Of a stretch of 64,000 bases of DNA, positions 53,776 through 64,000 are shown one piece after another (the first letter of the stretch is position 1; each line of letters opens with the position of its first letter). A model generated the notes under the pieces. That model was given only the letters and a program-made list of their open reading frames with translations. It searched no databases and was not told where the DNA came from. The stretch covers positions 192,001 through 256,000 of the forward strand of contig CAVYGB010000010.1 of NCBI GenBank assembly GCA_963767925.1. Reading direction: 5' to 3'. A program made the position numbers and the translations under genes. This DNA comes from an uncultured delta proteobacterium. GTDB lineage: Bacteria > Myxococcota_A > Polyangia > Fen-1088.

Positions 53776-54744
53776 GTGAGCGCTTGCCGCGCGTCCGTCC
53801 CCGATCCGCCGCCCGGGCGGTGGCCCGGCGCTCGGCTCCTCGTCTTGTGGTGCGGCATCCTGGCCTGCGGGCCGACGCAAGCGGTCGACCGCGCCGAGCT
53901 GGTCAGCCCGAGAGATGCTCAGGGTGGCGCCGGCGGGTCCGGCGGGCCGGACGCCATGGGAGGCACGGGCGGAGCCGGAGGACGTGGCGACGCTGGCCAG
54001 ACCGAGGACGCGGGCCCGGGCGAGGATCTCGTCCCGGAAGGGGACGCCGCCCCTCCCGACGCGCCGGGCGCGCTCGACAGCACACTGGAGGCGCTGCCAG
54101 CCGCGGACACAGCGCCGGCCGACGCGCCGCCAATCGATGCCGCGCCAGCTCCGGACACCCAGGTCGATTCTCCGCCCGAGCTGCCCTTCGTCTCAATCAG
54201 CCATGCCCCGGGCGTCGCGAGCACCGACCTCACCGCGGAGGGGACCCACGACTGGCGCCACTGGGGCTACAACGCCTCCTCGGCCGCCAACCGCAAGCGC
54301 AACGGCCCCGGGATCATCCGCATGGAGGCCATCGGCTCCGGGGAGATCGGCCGCTACATCGATCGGCCGGTTCGCTTCTCCTGGAACGACGGCTGGCCGA
54401 CCTCGAGCGCCGCGGAGACGCCGGACGGCATCGTGGTGGGGGACAGGGAGGGACGGGGCTTCGAGGTCGAGGTGACGGGCAGCCCCACGGTCACCCGCCG
54501 GATCAAGGCCCACCTCGGGGTCTGGGGGGCACGCGCCCGCCTCACCGTGACGCTGTCAGATCGGGCCGGCACCGTCTACGCGGACAACAGCCTGGTGGCC
54601 GGCGAGCCCGGGGCCGACCGGATCTACTCGATCCTGTTTCAGCCCTCGGTCCAGACACAGAAGCTGGTCCTGCGCTGGACCGTGGAGAACATCAATCAGA
54701 CGTACGGCAACGTGACGTTACAGGCCGTGTCGGTGGCCGAATAA
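53776..54744 (+). CDS. Hypothetical lipoprotein with Gly/Asp/Pro linker and beta-rich C-terminal domain
   Basis: ILAC lipobox, GGxGG and PDA linker, DLTAEGTHDWRHWG domain; start uncertain. Confidence 0.7.
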   Translation: MSACRASVPDPPPGRWPGARLLVLWCGILACGPTQAVDRAELVSPRDAQGGAGGSGGPDAMGGTGGAGGRGDAGQTEDAGPGEDLVPEGDAAPPDAPGALDSTLEALPAADTAPADAPPIDAAPAPDTQVDSPPELPFVSISHAPGVASTDLTAEGTHDWRHWGYNASSAANRKRNGPGIIRMEAIGSGEIGRYIDRPVRFSWNDGWPTSSAAETPDGIVVGDREGRGFEVEVTGSPTVTRRIKAHLGVWGARARLTVTLSDRAGTVYADNSLVAGEPGADRIYSILFQPSVQTQKLVLRWTVENINQTYGNVTLQAVSVAE

Positions 54745-54749
54745 CGCCC

Positions 54750-54788
54750 CGTTGCCGTACCTCGTTGCCGTACCTCGTTGCCGTACCT
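54750..54788. repeat. 13-bp perfect tandem repeat x3
   Basis: (cgttgccgtacct)x3 between convergent genes. Confidence 0.9.
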
Positions 54789-54799
54789 TTTTACCCGGC

Positions 54800-57605
54800 T
54801 CAGTAGCGGTAGTTGATCCCCAGCCGCATCCGGAAGGGAGCCATCCAGCCGGTGTCCACGCCGAAGTTCTGGCCGTCGTTCTGGCCGTAGGCCGTCGGCG
54901 TGCGCAGCCCCAGGACGTTGAGGGCATCGACGTAAAAGTCGACCTGGTGGCCGATGAACGAGGCCAGCGAGAAGCGGGCCTGGACGTTGAACTCCTGGAT
55001 GTCGGGGTAACGGAGCGCCCGATCGTCCGTGGGGTCGTTCAGGTTGGTCCCGGGTTGATCCCGCGCTGGGCCCGGTAGTTCTCGAAGGTGTTGGTCACCT
55101 GGTTGAGGAACAGCCGGTTGTAGATGAAGCCGGACGCGTACTGGTAACGCATGCCGAGCGACAGCCAGCGGGTGGGCGCCCAGGTGGCGGAGGCCTTGAT
55201 GTCGTGGCGCCGGTCGTCGGGCAGGTTCCCGTCGAGGAAGACGTCGCGACCGGGGATGTCGCCCCAGGGGTTGTTCGACCCGTTGAAGACCGTCCCGTCG
55301 AGCTTGCTCAAGGTGTAAGAGACGTAGGTCCGGACCGGCCCCTGCCGCTTGTTGATGGCGAAGGTGAGGCCGCGGTAGGTGCGGGTGGCCTCCTCCGGCG
55401 TGCCCATGTCGATCACGGTCTCGGCCCGGCCGTTGCGATAACCGACGACGGCGGTGCCGGCATTGTTCCAGATGCGGTTGGTCTCCCGCGTCTCGTACTG
55501 GTTGGCGAACTTCCGGTAAACCGACGTCCAGGGCCAGGGCGACGCCCGGGATGATCTCGCGCTCGACGCCGAGGGTGTACTCGAAGGTCCGGGGGACCTC
55601 GAGCTTCTCCCGGCAGTCGTTGCCCTGGGCGTCGATGCCGGTCGGGCCGCAGGGGGTCCCGAAGGTGTTCCGGCTGGGACCCCCGCTGTACACGCAATCA
55701 CGCGAGTAAGAGGAGGTCGTCGGATCCCACAGGCAGCGCTGGGTGGTGGGGTCGCCCGAGGTGTGGAGCACCGGGGTGCGGATCGCCACGTCGACGTACT
55801 GGCTGTAGGCGCCCCGGATGACGGTGCGGCCGTCGTGGGTGGCGTCCCAGGCCGAGGCCACGCTCGGCGCCCAGGTCTTGTTGTCGACCACGGTGTCGCC
55901 GTCGCTGTTCTGGCCCCAGGTCCAGATCCAGCTCAGGGCGGGGGTGATGGTCAGGTGGCGGGTGGGCCGCCAGGCGTCGCTGAGGGCGGCGTTGTTCCGG
56001 TAGAGCACGTCGGTGCCGATCCACCACCCGTAGCGGGCCTGCTCGGTGCGCGGGTCGTTGGAGTAGAACGTGGTGCGGGCCAGCGGGACGTCGACGCCGT
56101 TGTACTCGTCGAAGTAGTTACCCGGCTGCGCGTACCGGCGGATCTCCTTCTCGGTGTAGAACTGGTTCTTGAGCTGGAAGTTGTGCTCGCCCAGCAGCTT
56201 GTGGTCGACGAAGTACTCCAGCTTGCTGAAGGCCTGCCAGACGTAGAGGTCCTCGCGCCGGTGGGGCACGTTGCGGCCGTTGGTGCAGTCGCCGGTTCCG
56301 TTGCAGCCCTGGGCGACGTTGCCCGACTCGACCCGCCGGGGGTAGGTGTTGATCACGCCCGGGGTGGCGTCACAGTCGCCCAGGTTGCCGTCTTCACAGC
56401 CGTAGGGGTACCAGTACTGGGGCCGCTGGCTGTAGGCCGCCTGCAGCCGGAACACCAGGCTGTCGGTGAGCAGCGCCTCCCAGATGAGGCCCCACAGACC
56501 GCTGGGGCCGGCGCGGCGGTTCTGCTGCGCCTCCTGCTGGACGCCGAGGTCGTTCTTCATGTTCCCGTTGAAGGCGCTGTCGAAGTTGCTGAGGAAGGTC
56601 AGCTTGTTGCGACCGTTCATCTGCCAGGTCAGCTTCGCGGTGCCCTTGTTGATCAGCTTGAGGTGGGGGGGCGACTGAGGAACGATGCCTTCCGGAGTCC
56701 GGGTCCCGGCCCTGGCCGAGCGCGTGCGACTCGAAGGCCACCGCGTACCAGAGCTTGTCCTTGATGATGGGACCGGCCAGGGCGGGGTTGACCAGGTAGT
56801 AGTAGTTGCCCGGGGCGTCGCGGCTGTCGCCGAAGCGGAGTGTGTCGTTCTCCGCGGTGGCGTTGAACTCGAACTCGAACTTGTTCGAGCCGGTCTTGGT
56901 CACGAGGTTGACGATGCCGCCCGAAGCGGTGGCGTTGTCCGCGCCGTAGCCGGCGCTCTGGATCTCGTAGGCCGCGGAGGCCTTCGTCACCGGGAACTGG
57001 TCCCGCATGTCGAAGCCGTCCTGGGTGAAGATGGTCTGGTTGGCCGCGCCGCCGCGGACCCGGGTGCCGCCGACGCCGCCGCCGGTGACCGCGCCGCCGA
57101 TCTGTCCGACCATCTGGTTGAACACCTGATCCCGGCTGTTGAAGGGCATCGCCTCGACGAAGTCGAGGTCGTAGACCTCCTTGACGTTGGTGCTGGTGGT
57201 GCTGACGGTGGGCGCGCGTTCGACGACGCGAACCTCCTCCACCGCGGACTGCACCTCCATCACGATGTTGACCTCGGCGGAGGCGCTGATGCCGACGCGG
57301 ACATCCTTCTGGATGACCGTCTTCAGCTTCGGCGCGGTGGCCGTCACCTGGAAGGTTCCCGGGAAGAGCTGCCGCATCCGGAACATGCCCTCCTCGTTCG
57401 TGTAGGCCGACTTCGTGCCGCCGATCTGGGTGGGCGACGCGGCCACGATCTTCACGCCAGACAGGGGTGCCCCCGTCTGATCGAAGACGTACCCGATGAT
57501 CGAGCCGTCGCTACCACCTTGGGCGGCCGCCGTGACCGGCGGCAGTGTTGCTGCGAGCACACCGAGGGTAACGAGGAACCCGGTTCTCATTCTGGCTGCC
57601 ACCAC
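54800..57605 (-). CDS. Oar-like TonB-dependent transporter with N-terminal carboxypeptidase-regulatory-like domain (apparent frameshifts ~56690, ~55520, ~55045)
   Basis: GSIIGYVFDQTGAPLSGV...TNEEG.FR..L.PG; SGGIVNLVTKTGSN; GPIIKDKLW; barrel ending LGINYRY; RBS aggagg. Confidence 0.85.
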
Positions 57606-57905
57606 TGTGTCCTCCTAAGCCTATTTGGCCGTGACGTACGCACGCGGGCTCGGCGCCTGAGGGGCAACACGCCCCCCCCTGCCCCGATCAGGCGTGATTT
57701 AACCCTCAATTAACCCCGGGGAAAAGCACGTTTGATCAGACGCGATGAGTTAGACCTGGAAACCGACGCGCCGCCCCGCCCGTGACTCCGACCACCACCA
57801 CCCCGGGGCTCGGTGAAAAACGTTCCCTGCAGCAATCTGAGCGACGCGGTCCGCTCGAGGTCACGAACTGGGCCGCGCCACCGCAGGGTGTCTGGCGCGC
57901 CCGGA

Positions 57906-58601
57906 TCAGCGGCCCTTGATGAGCAGCCCGTCGGGCACGGGATACCCTCCGAGGATCTCCACGCTGATCGCGCCGATGGCACAGGAGAGCTGGGCCGAGG
58001 GACCACCGTCGAGCAGCAGCGCGCTGGTGAAGCCGAGCTCGGCGAGGAGCGCGGCCAGCTCGTCGGCGCCGATCGATCGCCGGGTGACCGCGACGGTGAG
58101 CGAGCGCCCCTCCCGGTCGAGCGCCACCGCCGTGCGCCGGGAGAACTGCGGCTTCAGGCGGGTGGGCCGCCCATCGACGAGAATGCGCGGGCCCACCTGG
58201 ATGGCGGCGCGGATGGTGGGATCGGGGAGGTAGTCGCGCGAGTGGACGATGGAGGCCCGTCCGTCGCGCAGCAGGAGCACGCCCCAGTCCACGCGCGGCC
58301 GCAGCCCCAGGACGGTGCGGCCCCCGGCGATGCGCAGCCCCAGCGGGCGACCGCGCTCGTCGAAGAAGCCGCCGTTGACCGCCAGGAGCGCCTGCCCTTC
58401 CTCGCGGAGCTTCACTGCCGTGAGCGGCCGCTCGGCCCCCGGCACCACCACCTCCACCCGGTACCGCTGCAGCTGGAAGCGAAAGAGCTGGGTCTCTCCC
58501 TCGGCGCGGGTCAACATCTCCACCCCCTGCGCCACCGGCTGCCACCGCGGCCCCGGCGCCTGCAGCAGGCCGAGCAGGCACGGCAGCAGCGCCGGGATCA
58601 T
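57906..58601 (-). CDS. Phosphodiester glycosidase (NAGPA-like) family protein
   Basis: AVNGGFF, QVGPRIL.DG, RRTAVA, ALLLDGGPS. Confidence 0.85.
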   Translation of the reverse strand: MIPALLPCLLGLLQAPGPRWQPVAQGVEMLTRAEGETQLFRFQLQRYRVEVVVPGAERPLTAVKLREEGQALLAVNGGFFDERGRPLGLRIAGGRTVLGLRPRVDWGVLLLRDGRASIVHSRDYLPDPTIRAAIQVGPRILVDGRPTRLKPQFSRRTAVALDREGRSLTVAVTRRSIGADELAALLAELGFTSALLLDGGPSAQLSCAIGAISVEILGGYPVPDGLLIKGR

Positions 58602-58623
58602 GGCAGCGGCGGGCGGAGTGACC

Positions 58624-59538
58624 TCAGCCGAGCTGGCGCGCCGACAGCTCGAGGCGGTAGCTGTGGGTGCCGCCGGCGGCGAGCTGGCGGGTGCCCGCCC
58701 GGTTGAGGGCGTTGGGCGCGTCGGTCCAGGGCTCGAGGCAGACGTAGGTGGCGTCGGGCGAGGCGCTCCAGATCACCCAGGTGGGAAAGCTCTGCTCGCT
58801 GCCCGCCACCGAGACCTTGGCGGCGAAGCCCGAGGCGGGGTCCTCCACCTCGAGGGCGGTCACGCCCGTCTCGGTCAGCACCACCGACCCGGACAGCTCG
58901 GGGGCGGTGACCGGGATCGATCGGGCCGCCTCGGGCGCGCGGGTGATGCTGCGCCAGGCGTCGGAGGTCTGCAGCCGCACGCCGGCCGGCGCCCGCACCA
59001 GGCAGCGGGCCCGGTCCCCGCCCGTTCCCAGGGGCGCGCGCAGGTAGGGGTGAAAGCCGAGAGCGTAGGGGAAGGGCTCCTTGCCCCGGTTCTCGAGCTC
59101 GGTCTCGAGCACCAGCCCGGTGCGCTCGATCCGGTAGGTCATCGACAGCTCGAAGTCGAAGGGGAAGCCCATCCGGAAGCCCGGATGGGGCACCACCACC
59201 GCGGTCAGCGAGCGGCCGTCGAGCTGCTCGACCTGCCAGTACACGTTGCGGGCCCAGCCGTGCATCGGCATCGGCAGGAAGGCGCCCTTGTGATCCCAGC
59301 CGTCGGTGCGGGAGCCGTTGCTCAGACCCACCGCCGGGAACAGGACCGGATTGCCGTAGCGCCGGTCGGCCGGCTCCCGGCCGGGAGGGGGCACGTAGAT
59401 GGTCTCCACCTGGCGGCCCCCGACGTCGGCCTGGTAGCTGAAGAGCTGGAAGCCGCGCTCCGGGTAGACCAGCGCCCGGCTCTTGCCGTCGGTGAGCTCG
59501 ATGAGGCGAGAAGAGAGAATGTCCTGCGAAGAAGCCAT
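58624..59538 (-). CDS. Aldose 1-epimerase family protein
   Basis: GNPVLFP, MHGWARN..W, FPFDF, GFHPY, YVCLEPW. Confidence 0.9.
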   Translation of the reverse strand: MASSQDILSSRLIELTDGKSRALVYPERGFQLFSYQADVGGRQVETIYVPPPGREPADRRYGNPVLFPAVGLSNGSRTDGWDHKGAFLPMPMHGWARNVYWQVEQLDGRSLTAVVVPHPGFRMGFPFDFELSMTYRIERTGLVLETELENRGKEPFPYALGFHPYLRAPLGTGGDRARCLVRAPAGVRLQTSDAWRSITRAPEAARSIPVTAPELSGSVVLTETGVTALEVEDPASGFAAKVSVAGSEQSFPTWVIWSASPDATYVCLEPWTDAPNALNRAGTRQLAAGGTHSYRLELSARQLG

Positions 59539-59539
59539 G

Positions 59540-61126
59540 TCAAACGTCCTCCTGCGACCAGCGGCCATCGATCAAGCGAAAGGTCTTCCCGGTGGGGTTC
59601 TTGCCGGCCAGCAGCGGCGGCAGCCGGTGCTCCCGGACGCCGTCGTAACACTGAAGGGCGGCGAACCGCCGCAGGGAGGCGGGGATGCCCACGGCGGTGA
59701 AGCCAGGGTGTCCGGTCGCCGGGTAGGGGCCGCCGTGGTTCATGGCCGGCGAGACGGCCACCCCGGTCGGCATCTTGTCGTTGAGCAGCCGCCCTACCTT
59801 GTCGCGCAGGATGGGGGCCACTTTGGCGTAGGCCGCCTCGTCGGCGCCGCCGGCGTCCGAGTAGATGCAGCCGGTGAGGTTGCCGTCGAGGGCCGAGAGG
59901 ATGCTGGCCACCTGATCCAGATCGCGGGCCAGCACGACGAGGCTGGCGTTGCCGAAGGCCTCCTCCTGCATCGCCGTGGGGTTGCTCAGGAACCCCTCGC
60001 CCGTCACCTTCAGCAGCGTGTTCTGGTGGCTGTAGCCGCGCCCGCCGCCCACCGCGCCGCCCGCCAGCAGCTCGGCTCCGGCCCCGCGCAGGACGCCGAC
60101 GGCGTGTTGCAGGCGGTCCTGCACCGAGCGCCCCAGCAACGTCCCCACCGGAGCGGCGGCCAGCTTGTCCCGCACGCGCTCGACCAGGGTGTCGCTGTCG
60201 GCGCCGGCCAGCAGGATCACCAGCCCGGGGCTGGTGCAAAACTGTCCCGTGCCGAGCAGGCAGGATCCCGCCAGCTCGTCGGCCACCTCCGCGCCCCGGC
60301 TGGCCAGCGCGCCCGGCAGGATCAGCACCGGGTTGATGCTCGACAGCTCGAGGTAGATCGGCTTGCCCGCCTTGTCGGCGGCCTCCTTGAGCACCAGTCC
60401 GGCCGAGCGGGCGCCGGTGTAGCCGGTGGCGGCCACCTTGGGGTGGGCCACCAGGCGCTTGCCGGTCTCGTGATCGGTCCGGTAGAGGAGCTGCACGGTG
60501 CTCGGGGGGAGGCCGGCCGCCGCCAGCGCGGCCGCCGCCTCGATGATCAGCAGCCGGGTTGTGCCGGGGTGGGCGGTGTTGGCCTTGGCGATGACCGGGT
60601 TGCCGGCGGCGATGGCGGCGGCGAAGTCCCCGCCCGCTGCGCTGTTGAAGGCGAAGGGGAAGTTGTTGGGTCCGAACACGACGACGCCGCCGACCAGCGG
60701 GGCGTAGCAGGAGCGGATCTTGGCCTTGGTGTCGATGGTGGGCAGGGCCCAGGAGCCGTCGCGCGTGGCGGCGGCGGCCTGGCGGAGCTGGCCGGTGGTG
60801 CGGGGCAGCTCGACCTCGTCGAGGCGGGGCTTGCGCGGCAGGGCGGTCTCGGTGTGGGCCATCTCGACGAGGGCCGCCCGGCTGGCCTCGATGCGATCGG
60901 CGAAGGCCTCCAGGAAGCGGGCGATGGGTTCGGGCCCGAGCTGCCGGAGCGCGAGCGAGGCGCGGTGGGCCTGCTCGACGGTCTCGTCGACCTCCCGGGC
61001 CGAGCTGACCGGATAGGTCTCGCCGGTGGACTCGCGGGTCTGGGGGTTGTCGGGGCTGAACGTGCCGGTGGAATCGGACGCGCGCCACTGCCCGCCGATG
61101 AATACGGGTTGGATCGCAGAGGACAT
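59540..61126 (-). CDS. Aldehyde dehydrogenase (NADP+), alpha-ketoglutaric semialdehyde dehydrogenase-like
   Basis: RTTGQLR, VFGPNNFPFAF..AGGDFAAAIAAG, ELSSINP, GQFCTSPG, EEAFG, PTGVAV..AM.HGGPYPAT. Confidence 0.9.
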   Translation of the reverse strand: MSSAIQPVFIGGQWRASDSTGTFSPDNPQTRESTGETYPVSSAREVDETVEQAHRASLALRQLGPEPIARFLEAFADRIEASRAALVEMAHTETALPRKPRLDEVELPRTTGQLRQAAAATRDGSWALPTIDTKAKIRSCYAPLVGGVVVFGPNNFPFAFNSAAGGDFAAAIAAGNPVIAKANTAHPGTTRLLIIEAAAALAAAGLPPSTVQLLYRTDHETGKRLVAHPKVAATGYTGARSAGLVLKEAADKAGKPIYLELSSINPVLILPGALASRGAEVADELAGSCLLGTGQFCTSPGLVILLAGADSDTLVERVRDKLAAAPVGTLLGRSVQDRLQHAVGVLRGAGAELLAGGAVGGGRGYSHQNTLLKVTGEGFLSNPTAMQEEAFGNASLVVLARDLDQVASILSALDGNLTGCIYSDAGGADEAAYAKVAPILRDKVGRLLNDKMPTGVAVSPAMNHGGPYPATGHPGFTAVGIPASLRRFAALQCYDGVREHRLPPLLAGKNPTGKTFRLIDGRWSQEDV

Positions 61127-61201
61127 GGCCGGGCATCTTCCGACCAGCGGGGGCCCCGCGCAAGGGTGGAGTCTCGACCACGCTCCGGGCATACTCTGGC
61201 C

Positions 61202-61600
61202 GTGACTGCCGCCGAGCGTGAGCGGTTTCGCGTCAAGCTGCAGACGCTGCGGACCGAGATCCTGGCCGAGGGCGATATCGCCCTCGAGCCCGGGCGCAAG
61301 GACAGCACCGCGGTCGGCAGCGACGAGGACGAGCAGCCGCTGAGCGAGATGAGCCAGGTCATCGCCTCCAAGCGCAACCGCTCGCGCACGGAGGTGCTGG
61401 CCCGGGTCGTCACCGCGCTCAAGCGGCTCGACGACAGCCCCGAGGACTTCGGGGCCTGCGCCGACTGTGGCGACGACATCGGCCGCCGGCTCGAGGCGAT
61501 GCCCTACGTCGAGCGGTGCCTGGAGTGCCAGAGCACCCGGGACGGCGCCGACCTGCCGGCCAAGACCGGGCGCCGCCGCCACGCCGGCGACTATCGCTGA
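61202..61600 (+). CDS. TraR/DksA family zinc-finger protein
   Basis: Coiled coil then ALKRL...FGACADCGDDI..RLEAMP....CLECQ. Confidence 0.88.
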   Translation: MTAAERERFRVKLQTLRTEILAEGDIALEPGRKDSTAVGSDEDEQPLSEMSQVIASKRNRSRTEVLARVVTALKRLDDSPEDFGACADCGDDIGRRLEAMPYVERCLECQSTRDGADLPAKTGRRRHAGDYR

Positions 61601-61700
61601 GCGGGCGTCGAAGAAATCAGGGTCGCCCCCATTGAGGCCCGGACGGCCTCCGAATCGTGTTAAGAGGGGGCGTTACACCTTGACTTGACGGAGCTTTCAC

Positions 61701-62360
61701 GTGCGCGAGGCCAACGTGTGCCCCTCGGTCCCCTTCGGGGGGGTTCTGCTCGCCGGCCTGGGCGCGCTGCTGGGCACCCTCGGCTGCAGCGAGGAAAAGA
61801 AGCCCGGTATCCTCATCGAGGTCACGGTGGAGCGGGTGGAGCTGCGCCCCGACCTCGTGCTGTTCGACTGGATCGCGCCGGGCCGCCCGGCCCTGGTGCG
61901 GGGCGAGCTGGCGCCCCGCCCCCGCTCGGGCGACGAGAGCTTCTTCGCCTCGCTGTTCGTCGAGACCCGGGGCCCCCTCGACCAGCCTCGGGTGATCGCC
62001 CTGCAGGGCCGCCTGGCGGACGGGGCCGTCGTTTCGGGCGGCTTCGCCGTCATCCCCACCTCGATCGAGTCGTACCGGAGCTACGCCATCTTGCTGGGCC
62101 CGCCCTTGCCCGACAGCGATCAGAACGGGGCGCCGGACCTGGTCGAGCGCTGCACGAGGTCCGAGGTGGACGCCACCTGCATCGAGGTGCCCGATGCCGG
62201 CCTCCCGCCGCCGGACGCCCCGGTCCTCGAGGACGCCGCGCCCCCACCTCCCGACGCCGCGCCCGACGCCCCGCTGGACAGCGCCCCCGACGCCGGGGCC
62301 GAGGCGCCCGACGCGGACCCCGGCGATACCAGGGACGGCGCCGCCGGCCCGCCCGGCTGA
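61701..62360 (+). CDS. Hypothetical lipoprotein
   Basis: Lipobox TLGC, DSDQNG motif, C-terminal PDAA repeats. Confidence 0.7.
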   Translation: MREANVCPSVPFGGVLLAGLGALLGTLGCSEEKKPGILIEVTVERVELRPDLVLFDWIAPGRPALVRGELAPRPRSGDESFFASLFVETRGPLDQPRVIALQGRLADGAVVSGGFAVIPTSIESYRSYAILLGPPLPDSDQNGAPDLVERCTRSEVDATCIEVPDAGLPPPDAPVLEDAAPPPPDAAPDAPLDSAPDAGAEAPDADPGDTRDGAAGPPG

Positions 62361-62373
62361 GCCGGACCCGGGT

Positions 62374-64000
62374 CTAGCGGGATTCGTCGTCGTTGCCCGG
62401 AGGGGCTTCGTTGGTGACGGGGATGAGGGTGGTGGCGAGCGGCGGCGTGCCGGGGGGCTCGGGCGAGGCGGGCGGCACCGCGCTGGCCACCGGGATGCTC
62501 GACTCGCGGCGATCGCCACCGCGATCCCGGCGGTCGAGCGGCACCCGCCAGTCGACCGGCACCGAGGGCTCCTTGAGGAACTCGGCCGGGCTCTCGATCG
62601 CCAGGGCCACCCGCAACACCTCGTCCATGTGGGCCACCGGGACCAGGCGCAGGCTCTTGAGCACCCGCTTGGGGATGTCCTGCAGGTCCTTGACGTTCTC
62701 CCGGGGCAAGATGACGGTGCGGATGCCGGCCCGGTGAGCGGCGAGGATCTTCTCCTTGAGCCCACCGATGGCGAGCACCCGGCCGCGCAGGGTGATCTCA
62801 CCGGTCATGGCCACGTCGCGCCGGACGGCGACCCGCAGCAGCGCCGAGACCAGGCCGGTGCAGATGGTGATGCCGGCCGAGGGCCCGTCTTTGGGGATGG
62901 CCCCCTCGGGCAGGTGCACGTGGATGTCGGCCCGGGTGTAAAAGTCCCGGTCCAGCCCCAGCGAGGGCCCCCGCGAGCGCACGTAGCTGATGGCGGCCTG
63001 GGCCGACTCCTGCATGACGTCGCCGAGCTTGCCGGTGAGCACCAGCTTGCCCTTTCCCGACACCACCGACACCTCGGTGGCCAGCAGATCCCCGCCGTGC
63101 ATGGTGACGGCCAGCCCGTTGACCAGCCCGATCTCGTCCTGCACCTCGTGGCTGCGCGAGCGGTAGCGGAAGGGGCCCAGGTACTTGGCCAGCCGCTTGG
63201 GGGTGACCTTCCAGGCCCGCAGGTTCGGGTTGGCGACGTACTCCTTGGCGATCTTGCGGCAGACGGTGGCGATCTCGCGCTCGAGGCCGCGGACCCCCGC
63301 CTCTTTCGTGTAGTTGTGGATCACCGCCCGCACGGTGTCCTCGGGCATCTCCAGCGTGAGATCTCCGATGCCGTTCTCCTTGCGCTGCTTGGGCAGCAAG
63401 TAGCGCTCGGCGATGGACACCTTCTCGAACTCGGTGTAGCCGGGGAGCTGGATGATCTCCATGCGGTCCTGCAGGGGCACCGGGATGCCCTGCAGGTAGT
63501 TGGCCGTCGTGATGAACATGACGTCCGACAGGTCGTAGTCGAGGTCGAGGTAGTGGTCGTTGAAGGCGGTGTTCTGCTCGGGGTCCAGCACCTCGAGCAG
63601 CGCCGCCGAGGGGTCGCCCCGGAAGTCGGTGGACATCTTGTCCACCTCGTCGAGCAGGAAGACCGGGTTCGAGCTGCCCGCCTTCTTGAGCGACTGGATG
63701 ATCTTGCCCGGGAGCGCGCCGATGTACGTCCGGCGGTGGCCCCGGATCTCGGCCTCGTCGCGCACGCCACCGAGGGCCAGGCGCACGAAGTTGCGGCCGG
63801 TGGCCCGGGCGATCGAGCGGGCCAGGGAGGTCTTGCCCACGCCGGGCGGCCCCACGAGGCAGAGGATGGGGCCCTTCTGCTTCTTGACCAGGGCCTGCAC
63901 CGCCAGATACTCGAGGATGCGCTCCTTGACCTTGCGCAGGCCGTAGTGCTCCTCGTCGAGGATCCGCTCGGCCTCGCGCACGTCGAGCTTGTCGGAGGTG
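62374..64000 (-). CDS. lon: ATP-dependent Lon protease (5'-partial)
   Basis: [42 protein letters not shown] (catalytic Ser), IGGLKEK. Confidence 0.97.
   Translation of the reverse strand, partial: TSDKLDVREAERILDEEHYGLRKVKERILEYLAVQALVKKQKGPILCLVGPPGVGKTSLARSIARATGRNFVRLALGGVRDEAEIRGHRRTYIGALPGKIIQSLKKAGSSNPVFLLDEVDKMSTDFRGDPSAALLEVLDPEQNTAFNDHYLDLDYDLSDVMFITTANYLQGIPVPLQDRMEIIQLPGYTEFEKVSIAERYLLPKQRKENGIGDLTLEMPEDTVRAVIHNYTKEAGVRGLEREIATVCRKIAKEYVANPNLRAWKVTPKRLAKYLGPFRYRSRSHEVQDEIGLVNGLAVTMHGGDLLATEVSVVSGKGKLVLTGKLGDVMQESAQAAISYVRSRGPSLGLDRDFYTRADIHVHLPEGAIPKDGPSAGITICTGLVSALLRVAVRRDVAMTGEITLRGRVLAIGGLKEKILAAHRAGIRTVILPRENVKDLQDIPKRVLKSLRLVPVAHMDEVLRVALAIESPAEFLKEPSVPVDWRVPLDRRDRGGDRRESSIPVASAVPPASPEPPGTPPLATTLIPVTNEAPPGNDDESR

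Noticed and set aside
54750..54788. Short repeats as a CRISPR array
   Set aside because: 13-bp units without spacers and no cas genes.

Overview
GC-rich (visually about 70%) chromosomal window that looks myxobacterial (Myxococcota, Polyangia-like). Indicators are four Hanks-type kinase/pseudokinase genes, PEGA-type proteins, an AglZ/FrzS-like pseudo-receiver, an MXAN_5187-type protein, an Oar-like TonB-dependent transporter and Asp/Ala/Pro-linker lipoproteins. Housekeeping genes (pntAB, secA, hflX, tsaB, msrB, an RhlE-like helicase, lon, tRNA-Leu) are interleaved with signalling, envelope and carbohydrate genes. Many genes, including essential secA, carry small indels, most likely long-read or assembly errors. 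I saw no integrase, transposase, prophage or CRISPR array. The best leads are: (1) three dispersed proteins sharing a 'helix-Cys loop-helix-G-x-F' C-terminus, two of them directly followed by a large lipoprotein and one inside a pseudokinase operon; (2) a ~300-nt structured leader with an anti-Shine-Dalgarno switch ahead of a TonB-dependent receptor; (3) a divergent DEAD-box helicase / RRM pair; (4) an ECF sigma factor with an exact GGAAT-N18-GTT promoter; (5) a DsbA-like gene with its active site deleted in frame. All family calls come from motif recognition by eye; no database searches were run.
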